The notes: generated from the letters alone by a model not told the origin. A stretch of DNA of 64,000 nt from Eledone cirrhosa (GCA_964016885.1 OZ024745.1:80910001-80974000); one strand, 5' to 3'. Counted from the stretch's first letter, positions 12,691 through 24,398 are shown. Numbers and translations are program-made.

Positions 12691-14382
12691 CCATCTGGGA
12701 GACATCAATATTAAGTGATGCTCGATACTCAGAAGGGGATCATCTCTACCTTGGTATGAGTCTAATACCCTTACCGGGTACCAAATGACCATACTTAAGA
12801 TATTTCATTGGTTTTTTGGGGCTAAATTAAAAATATAATCAGTATTTATCTTTAGGTTGTAAAGCAGCTTTCTTTAAATATGTTTTGTTAATGAATGCTT
12901 GGATCTGTTGGGATTTTCTTTTTGATTAGTACAGGAGAGGTTGCTATCCTCAACAATCCTGCCCAACATAAGTCTCAGGCACAGCTGACAGTATCTGGAA
13001 TGGGCCCCTATCCAGGATTATGGAATTCCCTTCTTTGACTTCAAAACACCCAATTGGTATCCAGTCTGTGTTGAAAAAAGAGGAGGGAATGAGCACAAAC
13101 TAGCAACCTTGCCTCCACTAATTAAAATTGCTAGAGAAATGAGGAACACATCCAAGCATTCATTAACAAGGCAACTAGTAGATGGCTGATATATCTACAA
13201 GGGAAGTTGAGTCAGTGTTGAAAGGATGCTCAGTTTCCGACATGTCAGATGAAGTATCGCTTAGATCACCTTTACTTTTCATCCTTCATTGCTTTAACAA
13301 TATGTTAAAAACTGTGATTGGAAACTTGACATTTATGTATTTCCATGGCATATTATACCAACAAGGTTAAATGTTACTTCTGAACAAGATACACTTCAAC
13401 CTTGAATAGTTTCTGTCCTTCTAAAAACATCTATATGAGAGTATTGCTCACATATATTCTATTAAAACAATCAAGCAAATATGAAATGATTGCAGAGGCA
13501 AAAGTGAAGTGGACACAGCTCAGAAGAGAGGCGCAAATATACAAGAGACAACAATAGGGATGGAAACAAAGAATCAAATACAACTATCTGGAAGAGTTTT
13601 AATGATCACTGCCAGAAACATAAGTAAGAATACATGATTTCTTCTGTTTCAGCTCTTGCAATTTTCCTACCACCGATATATGTTTATGTGTGAGCGTACA
13701 TGCGTGTTAGCCATTTTCTTTACTTAAATATAGACGATTAGAGGGAGATGACTCTAAACTAAGGGACATCATTCTGTTCAAGATCGAAAATATATTTCCA
13801 CTGTATATATGAAAGCTTTTTATTTTTTTCGGAGTGACGGTTAATCAACAAGAAGGAACGAGATCCTATTGATTTTTCTAATACATTATTTCTTCCCATA
13901 AAATAGTCATATTAAACCTTAAATAGCTCAAATACTATATATAAGCTAAAAACTATGATTTGTGGACTTCATTTTTTCAAATATTATATTTTAGGTGTAA
14001 AAATTATTAGTATATTAAAAGTAGGCATTACAAGCAAAAAATATATTTTAGAATAAAAGTATAATTTCACCTATAAATTCGTGCTTATACTGCGGTTTCG
14101 TTCCGACAAAGAAATAGATATTAAGATAATTAATGAATAAATTAAGACGCCGTAAACCTACCAGTAAGCAATGTCTTAAAACATACCTTATGGCTTGTAC
14201 AAAAAAAAATTCAAGTGAAACACATATCTAGACAGCAAAAACCATCTCTCGGCAAAAATACACTAATATTATGGATAAAATTCCATGTACTTTTGGCTTT
14301 TAAATAGTAGGTCGGACGTCAAAATCCAGAGGTTAAAAGAGAAGCTAGAAATAGACCCATAACAATTATGCAGCCATTATAT

Positions 14383-14497
14383 AAGTTCAAATCCCGCCGA
14401 GGTTAACTTTACCTTTCATCCTTACGGGGTCTATAAAATAAAGCACCAGTAATGCACTGGAATAATTGCTGGCCTTGTGTCAAAAGAAGAAACAATT
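14383..14497 (+). mobile_element. SINE family A, 5'-truncated
   Basis: AGTTCAAATCCCGCCGAGGTTAACTTTACCTTTCATCC...GGCCTTGTGTCAAAAG. Confidence 0.8.
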
Positions 14498-14506
14498 ATA
14501 TATATT

Positions 14507-14935
14507 GTCTAGGACGTCACTGTTAGAGACTCTTTTGCTTCTTCCCACATCCTGGATGCTGCGATTAGGACGAGAGCCACAGCTTCGCAGCCGAGTGGAG
14601 TAAGACCCTCAAATACTCTGATCTGTCGGCAGCTACATTTTTCAGCCTGTGGCTTTCGAGACGTTTGGGGGAGTCGGGCTGCTGACTGCGAAGTTCCTCT
14701 CTTCACTGGCGGCTCGCCTAATAGAGGTAAGTGGCGAATCTCGCGAGGGTGCTTGGTTGTTCCAGCACATTAGCCTCGCCATCACCCGAGGCAACGCTGC
14801 GAGTGAGCTGGCTTGCCTCAAAAATCATTAGACAGGTTGCCCGGTACTCCTCGCGCCGCTGCTATCTTTTGCTCTGGTGTTAGCTCGGTTATTCATCCCT
14901 TCCTTTACATTTTATTTAATATTGCAACATTAAAA
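14507..14935 (+). mobile_element. 3' fragment of a CRE-like (RLE-type) non-LTR retrotransposon
   Basis: DVTVRDSFA...AFETFGGVG...LFQHISLAITRGNAAS; a diverged inverted copy of about 14972-15397. Confidence 0.8.
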
Positions 14936-16738
14936 GTACACACACACACACACACATATATAAAGATATATTCTTTTAATGTTACAATATTAAAGAAAAT
15001 GTAAAAGAAGGGGTGAACAACGGAGCCAACACCAGAGCAAAAGATAGCAACGTCGCGAGTACTGGGCAACCTCTCTAATGATTTTTGAGGCAAGCCAGCA
15101 CACTCGCAGTGTTGCTTCGGGTGATGGCGAGGCTGATGCGCTGAAACAGCCAAGCGCCCTCGTGAGATTCGCCAGTTACCTCTTAGGCGAGCCGCCAGTG
15201 AAGAGAGGAACCTCGCAGTCAGCGGCCCGACTCCCCCAAACGTCTCGAAAGCCACAGGATAAAAAATGTAGCTGCCGACAGATCAGAGTATTTGAGGGTC
15301 TTACTCCACTCGGCTGCGAAGCTGTGGCTCTCGTCCTAACAGCAACATCCAGGATGTGGGAGAGAGCAAAAGAGTCACTAACAGTAACGTCCCAGACAAG
15401 GCACCTGCCTCTCTACCAGAGGCACAGGGTAAGACCGTCAGGTCTTTTGCCGTCACTTATGGTCAACCCAGATGGTTCCAAGACTGAGGGGATATTCGCC
15501 CGGGCCAATGTTCTCTTCAGAATGAGGTTTAGCTCCGTGTGACGCCTGAAGCGGCCGGCATTCAGGCGGCAAGAAAGACCGCGGAGGCCTGTGGAGTCGA
15601 GGAGTTTGCTGCATCGGCACCTCAAACCCATGCAGACGTTAGCTCCCACTTTGAGGGCGATGGAGACACGAAGTTCGTCCAGGCTGAGTAGGCCACCGAC
15701 GTTGGCCATGGGTAGGGCATCAACCCAGTCGCCTGAGTATTTGGCGTTGGCAGGTAGTAAGCGGCACCTTGCAAACTGATCTGACTGGATGAAGAGGGAG
15801 TCGAAAGTGGCCTTCGAACTTATGCTGTCCCAAATTCTCTGACTTCGACTGTCCTCCACCTTCTCAGGAAGAGACAAGCCCAACTCACTCCATTGCTGGA
15901 GACTTCACCCAACTCCCTGTTGGAACTAGTCCGTGTTGGAGAGGAGAGAATGTTGCTCACCAGGGTGGAGCAAGCGTAGGTGGAGGAAAGGAAGCAGGGG
16001 AGAGAGAGAGGGACGAACATTTACGAAGACCAAGACCCCCAAATCGCTTGGGCAACGCAGCCTGATCGCGGGACTTTGGAGAGAGTCTAACATTGACCAG
16101 GCACTCGAGTCTCTCGAAGATTAGGTCGTCGAAGCGTTGGAGGCAAAACGGAAATCTATGAGAGGAGCTGACCCTGGGCAGATACAGAAGCTTAGGAATA
16201 GACAGGTAGTTCCTGAGTATGAAGAAACCTTAATGGGGTTCGATAACTTCGATATTCCTCAGCAGCTGCTCAAGGCCAACCATCTTCGATTGGAAGGTTG
16301 ACTCGAAGGCCAAGTCTGTGATTGGGGCTCCTAAGGAGCACCAAGCCGACGGGGGAGGGACCGCGATGGGAGGGAAGGACTCTGCAAGCAGGTCTATTAG
16401 CTGTTGGTGTTCAGAAGCCGGGTGGCTGAGGATCCAGAGCTCACATTTGGAGCTATTGATCTGGAGACCCCGGCGGCCAAGCTCCTCCACCATCTTGTTG
16501 GCAGTAGCGAGAACCATATACGGAGTTCCCCCCCAAACAAGCGTCGTCGAGGTACCAGACATTGAACTCCACCTCAGCCCCCATCTTAGTGACGTCATCA
16601 ATGCCCAGTGCAAACAGAGCGGGCCCGAGTGGGTCACCCTGTTGGACTCCTGAGGCAGAGGTGATGATTTGGTCACCGAAAGAGAGGTAGGAGGGCTCCC
16701 GATAAGCCTGCCAAGCAAAGTGGTAGAGTTGTGGGACC

Positions 16739-16942
16739 TGTGGGTATGGTGTGGTGTGCGGTGGCCGGAGGCTGGGGAGTGCTTGACCGGAAGGGCCAAC
16801 AGGTCTGCCTCTCTAAGGTGGATGTCAGTTTTGGAGCTCCCGGTTAACGAGTTGGCTTGTACGCACGTGGGAGAGGAAAAACCAGCCATGGGATTAGCGG
16901 TGCCAGCAAAAGCGGTAAGTGAGGTAGCTTTTTCTAACCACA
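16739..16942 (+). repeat. 5' LTR (204 bp)
   Basis: TGTGGGTATGG...TTTTTCTAACCACA, matching the 3' LTR. Confidence 0.9.
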
Positions 16943-17072
16943 AGCTATTTCGGCACTGGAAACTGAGATCTGATTGATAAAAAAAAAAAGAACTTTCTCG
17001 AAAACAAAGCTACTGGAAAAACAGAGAGGAGTCTGTTGTTTTTTATTACTTACCGCAGGACAAAATTAGGAT

Positions 17073-17830
17073 ATGGCGACGAGATTACGAATGAGCGGAG
17101 AAGCGATTAGAGCATTTACCGGTGAAGGCGATGTTGTCGCTTGGCTGCGAAAAGTCCGGCTGGTCGCAAGCTTACAGAAGATAGAAGATGTGGCTGGCCT
17201 CATGGCACTGTACCTCGAAGGGGGTGCGTTGGCACTCTTCCTAGAGATGGATGAACACAGCCAAAGGGATGCGCAAAAGATTGAGAGGCGTATGATGGAA
17301 GCGTTCGCGGAAGGACCGTTAGCCGCTTTTGCTAAGCTGGCAAGGATTAGATGGAACGGTGAACGCGTTGACATTTTCGCAGCAGAAATACGGCGATTGG
17401 CCATGTTGGCTGGATATCAGGTGGAATGCGAACGCACGGTGCGGTTGGCGTTCATAAATGGATTTCCAGACGACATAGCGGTGAAACTGCAGCAAGTCCC
17501 GGGTTACAAGGAAATGGAGATGCATGCACTGGTGGAGCAAGTCTGCATCATAGCAGAAGATGCCAAGAAGAGTGTCGCGACGATAGCAATGACAGAGGCC
17601 CAAGGCAGCCGGCAGCGAAATGGTGAAAGGGAGGCAACCACTGCCGCGGTCGCCCGCGAACGTTTAGAGGTCGCTGTTTTAGGTGCCAAGGCCCGCACAT
17701 GGCGAGAGACTGTAGAGAGTCAAGGCCGGACAAAATATGCTACCGGTGTAAGCGACCAGGCCACATCGCTACTAGCTGCGACCAGGAAAAACGATCCAAG
17801 GGGAACTACTGCGCCGGTAGCTGCCCCTTA
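17073..17830 (+). pseudogene. Gypsy gag with zinc knuckles (frameshifted)
   Basis: AFTGEGDVVAWL...LYLEGGALA; knuckles CFRCQGPHMARDC and CYRCKRPGHIATSC lie in a shifted frame. Confidence 0.8.
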
Positions 17831-19700
17831 CGAGTAGAGGCGCTGCCCGTGGTGAAAGTTTTCGTGAGGGGAAAGCCACGGCGAGCCCTTGTGGACACGG
17901 GCTGTACGAACGACGACACTGGTGACTGCGGGGGTAGCGCAGAGGTGGAGAGGGAAGAGCAGCGTAAGGGCAGTCGACGGTAGGAAAATTGAATGCCGAG
18001 GTCGCAGCGAGGTGGAGATGGCTGCTCGGGGAAAGAAAATAAGGCTTTCTGCCATCGTAGTCGACAACGTGGTGGATGGGATCGGCGTAGTTATGGGCAT
18101 GGACGCAATTGGTCGTCTAGGAGGCATCACAGTGAACAATGTCGGTGTGTCGTTTGGCGGCACCGCATCGGTATGCGCTGTGAGTACGCGACAGGAGGAC
18201 CAGAAGGCCTGCGAAGAGGAAATATCCCGCTTACACTGTACAGGACAAAGACTTCAAGGCCGTGTTCGATGGGCAACGATGGGTTGTTGAGTGGTACTGG
18301 AAGGGAGAACCACCAACACTGAAGACCAAAGTGGGCTGCTATCAATACACATTGAAGGGAGAAATTAGGAGCGAGTTCGAGCGAGAGGTAGAGCGATGGA
18401 TTGAAGAGGGCATACTGCTTCCCTGGAAAGAGGAGGTGAAGTGCGGAGTATTGCCGTTAATGGCAGTGGCACAACCCACGAAGAACAAAGTGAGGCCGGT
18501 ACTGGACTTTCGGGAGCTGAACGAGCACGTGTCATGCCACACGGGTGGCGAGGTCACGGATGGCTGTGGGGGAAACCCTGCGTGAGTGGAGACGCATGAC
18601 GGGGGCTTCCGCAATCGTCGATCTAAAGTCGGCATACTTACAATTACACATAGATAAGAAGATCTGGCAGTATCAGCTGGTCAGGTATAAGGGCCGGACA
18701 TATTGCCTGACCAGCCTCGGTTTCGGGCCGAGCTCTGCACCGAAGATCATGGCGGCGGTCCTCAAGACCATTCTGGGAACGGCTGACAAGATGAAGAGGG
18801 CCACTAATTCCTACATTGAGGACATCCTAGTGGACGAGTCTGTAGTGTCGGCGGTGGAGGTCACGAGCCATTTACAGGGGTATGGACTGGCTGCGAAGCC
18901 GTCAGAAGCGTTGGAGGGAGGAGGATCGCGACTGGATGCGATTGGCGGTGGATGTAACACACTACCGACAAGGAACATACCTCTTAATGGTCGACTGTCG
19001 ACCGGGACGGATGGCGATATGGAGGGAGATGAAGACTGGAACGGCCGAGGAAATCACGCGGACGTTGAGGGAGGTGTTCTTGGAGCAGGGCCCTGTGGAC
19101 GAACTGCTGATGGACAACAGCGCAGCGTTCCGCTCGGAGGTGCTGAGGGAGATACTCGATGGATGGAAGGTGGACCGTTTCTTCAGAGCAGCGTACAGGC
19201 TGAGCGGAAATGGAATCGTGGAGCGACACCACCGGACGATCAAAGCAATGGCGGAGCAGGGCCACATCTCACCAATGGAGGCAGTGTTCTGGTACAACAT
19301 GTCTCCTCGGGTCGGACAGGTTGAGGAATCGGTGCCACACAGAGCAGTATTCAGATACGACTAGCGGCACCCGTGCACGCCACCACAACGGCCAGTGGAG
19401 AGAGAGAATACATTCGTGCAGGTGGGCGAAGAAGTCTGGGTTAAGCCCCCAGATACACGTTGCACATCTCACTGGGGAAGGGGAATGGTGACAGCCGTAA
19501 ATTCCCAGAACAATGTGTCCGTGGACGGTGTACCACGTCATGTCCTGGATATCCGTAGAATTACTGTGTCAACGGACTCCGAGGAAGAGGAAACCCAAAG
19601 TACCTCCCCAACACTGCGGAGATCGCAAAGAAGTCGCAAACCACCAACCTGGACAGCAGACTTTCATATGCAGCAGGACGAGGAGGAAATTGATCCTTGA
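17830..19700 (+). pseudogene. Gypsy pol remnant: protease, RT, integrase core; RNase H deleted
   Basis: LVDTGCT (protease); KVRPVLDFRELN, VDLKSAYLQ and SYIEDIL (RT); LAVDVTH, LMDNSAAF and GNGIVERHHRTIK (DDE integrase). RT runs directly into the integrase core near 18920. Confidence 0.85.
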
Positions 19701-19713
19701 GATCAGGGGGGCG

Positions 19714-19980
19714 TGTGGGTATGGTGTGGTGTGCAGTGGCCGGAGGCTGGGGAGAGCTCGACCGGAAGAGTGCTTGACCCGAAGGGTGCTTGACCGGAAG
19801 GGTGCTCGACCGGAAGGGCCAACAGGTCTGCCTCTCTAGGGTGGTCAGCGAACGTGGTGGACGTCAGTTTTGGAGCTCCGGTTAACGAGTTGGATTGTAC
19901 ACACGTGGGAGAGGAGAAACCAGCCATGGGATTAGCGGTGCCAGCGAAAGCGGTAAGTGAAGTACCTTTTTCTAACCACA
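19714..19980 (+). repeat. 3' LTR (267 bp)
   Basis: Same termini as the 5' LTR, with extra copies of a GTGCTYGACCGGAAGG-like unit. Confidence 0.9.
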
Positions 19981-20074
19981 GGACCCTCTCTCTTACTGAG
20001 CCGAGGACGATGTCGCGGCTGACGGAGTTGAATATATATATATGAGTGTTAAAGTTTACTTGAAGCATTGCGGA

Positions 20075-20209
20075 ATATGAAAAATAGTCGTTTTGTAAGC
20101 CTCAACAATGAGTGGGCAAATCTCCGGGTAACAAAATCCATCCGATTTTGTTACCCGGAGATTTGCCCACCTGCATTGTTGAGGCTTCCAAAACGACTAT
20201 TTTTCATAT
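20075..20209. repeat. Near-perfect palindrome (arms of about 65 bp, 5-nt loop), MITE-like
   Basis: ATATGAAAAATAGTCGTTTTG...CCGGGTAACAAAATC catcc GATTTTGTTACCCGG...CAAAACGACTATTTTTCATAT. Confidence 0.9.
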
Positions 20210-20399
20210 GTTTAAATCAAGTAATGCCTGTGCCGAAGCTTTTTTAAGTGAAGAGTGGGATTGGTTCTTACAGTGCACTAATCCCACTCTCTGAACAGAG
20301 GGGACAGGTATCCAAATAAAAGAACAGGTCAATATCATTGGTTGCCATTCTCCTAGAATGACGTCATAACAAGAACTAGAGGTCTCTCACTTCCGGTGA

Positions 20400-21084
20400 G
20401 CTAACGCGCACTCGGGCACCAAATCTAGTATTTCAATGTTTCCGTGCAAAGAAGGCCGAGGGTGTCTTAGCATCACTCAGCAAGACCTTTGTCAGCCGCT
20501 CTCCAGCTATCTATTTAAAGCTGTTTATAGCTATGGTGCGGCCACACTTAGAATTTGCATCACCAGTCTGGAACCCCTATCTTGCTCACAACATTGACCG
20601 CCTGGAAACTGTTCCGAGACGTGCAACCAAGCGAATACCCTCCATCAGGCATCTACCATACTCTGAATGCCTTGCTTCCCTGGGTATGGATACATTGAAG
20701 CTCCGACGTCTGGCAACTGACAAAATCATTAACCATCTTGCCAACAACAACCCTGAGCACCTTTTTGATTTCTATGTGTCTAACACACGTGGGCATGCCT
20801 ACAAACAGCACAGCTCCCATGACTTTCGGAAACATTTTTTCACGTTCAGAGTTGCTGGAGCATGGAACAAACTACCTGCATTAGTTGTTAGCCGTCGAGA
20901 CACTGCATCCTTTAAAACCTCCATGCTTCCTGAGATTCGCCAACACCACACCTGATGTCCCCCCCCCCCCATGTATTTCATGACTCGTACACTGTTCATT
21001 TTCCTGACATTTGTACATTATTCTATGTACTATACATGCACCTTTGATGAGTTGTAGTGCGCCTGAGCACTGTACATAATAATT

Positions 21085-21113
<29 letters not shown>
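20400..21113 (+). mobile_element. CR1-group LINE 3' fragment with (ATT)n tail
   Basis: VRPHLEFASPVWNP, RRATK, TRGH, RKHFFTFRV..WNKLP; tail at about 21087-21113. Confidence 0.85.
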
Positions 21114-21116
<3 letters not shown>

Positions 21117-21496
21117 TGTACCATGCACAAGAACTTCTCTTCATTCTTGTGCCTGGTACAAATTCCAGGATTACTAATAAAGTACCAGTAATGCACTGGC
21201 TATTTGCTGGCCTTGTGCCAAAAAGTAGAAACAATTATTATAAACAAGTGTGAATTTTTTAGAATGAGGGAAATAAATAAAATGCTACGATTCGAGGAAC
21301 AATATACAGAAGGGACCATATGACGGTTGGTACCGGTTAGCTCATGTGATCTCTTAGTTCATTGAAATGTTTATAAACATCAAATCTTATCGTTAAATAT
21401 CTGTTTCATGTATCCTACTTATTAATTAAAAGATTTTTTTTAGAAAGGGGCTTTAGATTTTATCACCTCCAGTTTCTTAAACACGCTTGAGAAGAA

Positions 21497-21850
21497 ATGG
21501 AACATAATGTACAATTGCTTACAGTGTTATTTCTACTTCTAGTAAATAGCTTCCGTGTATCGTTATGCGAGAAAAATATATCCTGGAATTTGTACCATGC
21601 ACAAGAACGTCTCTTTAATAATGAAACATTTACAGAATCAAATCAGACAACGGCATCGACATCACAACCAACAACTGAAATACCTAAACCAATTTCAAAG
21701 CCATGTGAATTCATTATCGGTAACATTAGTAATGTAGTATCAACATTTTATCGATGTAGTATTGAACGGGCTCGTCCTTATCGCTTTTGTACGAAATGTG
21801 TGCAAGAATACATGTCGGCTGTTCAACTTTATTCTGCCATTGATGAAGCT
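21497..21850 (+). CDS. OSTM1: OSTM1 orthologue, coding exon 1
   Basis: Signal peptide (LLTVLFLLLVNS), several N-glycosylation sequons and C..F..CSIERARPYRFCTKC, matching the OSTM1 ARP.R.C..C motif. 354 nt, donor GTGAGT at 21851, phase 0. Confidence 0.88.
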
Positions 21851-21899
21851 GTGAGTAGTCTTCTTCAGACAATTTTTATTTCTCTCCTATAAATAGACA

Positions 21900-22400
21900 C
21901 ATGTAGTACTTCGCCTGTGTGTGTATATGTGGTGTGTATATGTGCTTTTGTGTGAATGTATGGTGTGTGTCTGTGTGAACTATTAGAAGCTGACACAAAT
22001 CGCAACTCAGTTTCATGTTTCCGTGAAACTTCTACTTTTTTCTCTATTAATAATTGTTTGATTAAATCGTATTTTATGTTGGTAACCCCTCGCCACGAAA
22101 ACTACAAGATATAACTCAATTACACACCATACATACACACAACACCACATACACAAACACCACCACACACATACACTCAGACACCACACATACAGACATA
22201 GGCACACACAAACACCACATACACATGCACACCACTCACAACATAAACACACATACACCACACCCACATCACAGACATATACACCACTCAGAACATAAAC
22301 ACACATACACCACACGTACATACACACCACACACAAACACACTCTACATACACATACACACACACCACACCTCATATACATACCACACACACAAAGAGCA
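21900..22400. repeat. Degenerate TG/CA-rich simple sequence in intron 1
   Basis: Read directly; it explains the Cys/Val-rich and His/Thr-rich ORFs. Confidence 0.85.
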
Positions 22401-22814
22401 ACAAATAAGGCTGGAAAGGACAGAAGTTCAGTGACAGAGGGAGGAAGACAATGAATTGCAGAAGATGATTGGGAATGGAGGCAGTGATGAATGGGTCATG
22501 TGTTGAGGAAAGGAGAAAGTGATTAGGTGAGAGGAATAAAGGCAGTGATGAATGTTGTGAAAAGAAATGGAATAAGATGGTTGGGTCATGAGGAAGGATG
22601 ATAGTGGCTGGGTGATAGGAGTGATGGAAATGAATGTGGCAGGAAGTAAAAGAAGGGGAAGACCAAGAAAGCCATGGTTAAATATGAAAGGAAATAAAAA
22701 CCAGGGGTGCAGACAATAGAGAAAAATTGAAGAACTTGTCATGGCACCTCCAAGGCTAACCCTTGCTTTAACAGAGAAGATGGCCTTAAAACATTTTCTG
22801 TAGTAATAATGATT

Positions 22815-22971
22815 ACTACAGGCACAAGGCTAGGAATTTTGGGGGCGGGGAAAGTTGATTAAATCGACCCCAGTGCATTACTGGTGCTTTATTTTATCGA
22901 CCCTGTAAGGATGAAAGGCAACTCTACCACGAAGCATGGTGTCCGACGCTCTACCAATACTGCCAATCCAC
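22815..22971 (-). mobile_element. SINE family A-related copy with internal deletion
   Basis: GGCACAAGGC...CCAGTGCATTACTGG...GGATGAAAGGCAA...CTCTACCAATACTGCCAATCCACC. Confidence 0.7.
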
Positions 22972-23049
22972 CAAATAGTTGTTGTTGTTGCCACTGCTGT
23001 TGTATGCAGTTAGTCCAATAACAGTTTTCTTCTCTCTTCATTGTTACAG

Positions 23050-23167
23050 GGCAAGAATAGTACTTTAATAATTTGCAAAAATTTACTAATGAAGTCTGAC
23101 TATGCACCATTAATACCAGCAGTATTTCAAGACATTGAAGCCCTCTGGGGTTCTGCTTATTGTACTA
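23050..23167 (+). CDS. OSTM1: OSTM1 exon 2 (not in the ORF track)
   Basis: Acceptor TTGTTACAG; GKNSTLIICKNLLMKSDYAPLIPAVFQDIEALWGSAYCT matches OSTM1 C...LLM.D...W..A.C. Donor GTAAGT, 118 nt, phase 1. Confidence 0.88.
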
Positions 23168-23872
23168 GTAAGTAGCGTTTTTGCTTTTAATTTTTATACT
23201 GTCAAAGGCAATTTGAATTAAAACCAAAGCAATTATAATCTGGAACAGGACTCTCAAACACGTGACCCACAAACTGCTTTTCTATGGCCCATGGCAGAAC
23301 AATTTTCATGACTAATTAAGGAAAAATTTAAACAGAAAATTTGTCCCCTTACATTTTGTAATAATTCACATATCTCACTATCATATGTGTATTTATTTTG
23401 ATGAAAAAAGATGATAAATAGCAGCCTACCAGCCGTATTGCAGATTAGCATTATAACTGTTGGAAATCACTTTCAGCCATCCACCTCATCTCACTTTTGG
23501 CTTGCTTTGCTTCTTCCCCAGAACCTAATGGCCCTTTTGAATTTGAGACCCCTGATCTAGAACTCTAAATTGTAAGCACAAGACTGTCAAGTATTGGATG
23601 ACCAGCAGTTGTTGAGTGTCTCTGGTGTTTTACATCGTTTCCTGTACTGGCATGGGTTGGATGAGATTTTTCTTTTGGCTGGATACTCTTCTTGATGTCA
23701 ATCCTTACTTTATCTTTAACTTTGGTATTTATTATGCAGATCTTTGTCAAACTGTGGATTTAAACAAATGGCACTGCTTACTTTGAGACAGACAGACACA
23801 CACACAGACAGTCAGAGTCACACACATACCCCTGTTTCTGGTTTATTACATTAAAATGTGTTTAATTTACAG

Positions 23873-23988
23873 GTTGCTATAGTCAGTCTGATAATAAAGA
23901 AAAAACTGAATTGAACAATAGAACTATTGAATTCATTGATAGCTACAAGGAAATGATTGGTTGTGTTGAAAATAATACAAATGCACAG
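23873..23988 (+). CDS. OSTM1: OSTM1 exon 3 (not in the ORF track)
   Basis: Acceptor TTTACAG; (S)CYSQSDNKEKTELNNRTIEFIDSYKEMIGCVENNTNAQ. Donor CAG|GTAAGT; 116 nt restores phase 0. Confidence 0.88.
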
Positions 23989-24141
23989 GTAAGTCAGTTC
24001 TTGTTAATCTACTTCAAGGCACGTTTATAATTATTCACCATTTCTGTTATATTTCTTGCCTATATTTAGTTGCAAATTTTTTAGGACTTGAAATCTAATT
24101 CCTTGTTAATTATTAACCAGTAATTATTTATTTTTTATCAG

Positions 24142-24255
24142 TCAAAGATGAACATCTGTCTGAACTGCACTAAAAACTACAAGAACCTCAATACGAAGTT
24201 CAAGAAAATAGAAGATTATTCTTCACCAAGTATTTGCATGGATGTTATGGATATG
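24142..24255 (+). CDS. OSTM1: OSTM1 exon 4
   Basis: Acceptor TTTTATCAG; SKMNICLNCTKNYKNLNTKFKKIEDYSSPSICMDVMDM matches C.NC...Y..L...C.DV.D. Donor GTGAGT, 114 nt. Confidence 0.9.
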
Positions 24256-24280
24256 GTGAGTACTTTGTTTCCAGAAGGTC

Positions 24281-24398
24281 ATGCAGGTCTTGTGACCAGA
24301 TTAGCTTTTGTGATCAGCTGGAGATCTTGTGACTAGCTGCAGATTTTGTGACCAGATGTAGATCTTGTGGCCAGCTGCAGATCTTGTGACTGGATGCA
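24281..24398. repeat. Degenerate 20-bp minisatellite (about 6 copies), consensus near GCAGATCTTGTGACCAGCT
   Basis: Read directly, just downstream of the exon 4 donor. Confidence 0.8.

Larger units (their letters stand above)
16739..19980 (+). mobile_element. Ty3/Gypsy LTR retrotransposon, internally deleted, with 5-bp TSD GGACC
   Basis: TG...CA LTRs at 16739-16942 and 19714-19980; GGACC at 16734-16738 and 19981-19985; PBS-like TGGCGACGAG at 17074-17083; purine tract AGGGGGG just before the 3' LTR; domain order gag-PR-RT-IN. Confidence 0.93.
14972..20032 (-). mobile_element. 5'-truncated CRE-like non-LTR retrotransposon (RT plus restriction-like endonuclease), interrupted by a Gypsy insertion at 16739-19980
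   Basis: Minus strand: FNSVSRD (about 20030), then after the Gypsy element GVQQGDPLGP, WYLDD, RH.ELN..LEP...GKRPDGLTL..W...WDVTV and FETFG. Frameshifted, and bounded by TA/CA repeats. Confidence 0.8.

Noticed and set aside
12850-14250. Possible exons of another host gene (acceptor-like TTTAG near 12855; minus-strand donor AAG|GTATGT near 14186)
   Set aside because: No sustained ORF or recognisable protein could be assembled. A non-coding or UTR exon cannot be excluded without RNA data.
16230-16943. 237-aa minus-strand ORF as a novel gene
   Set aside because: A chimeric reading across the Gypsy LTR and the frameshifted CRE RT.
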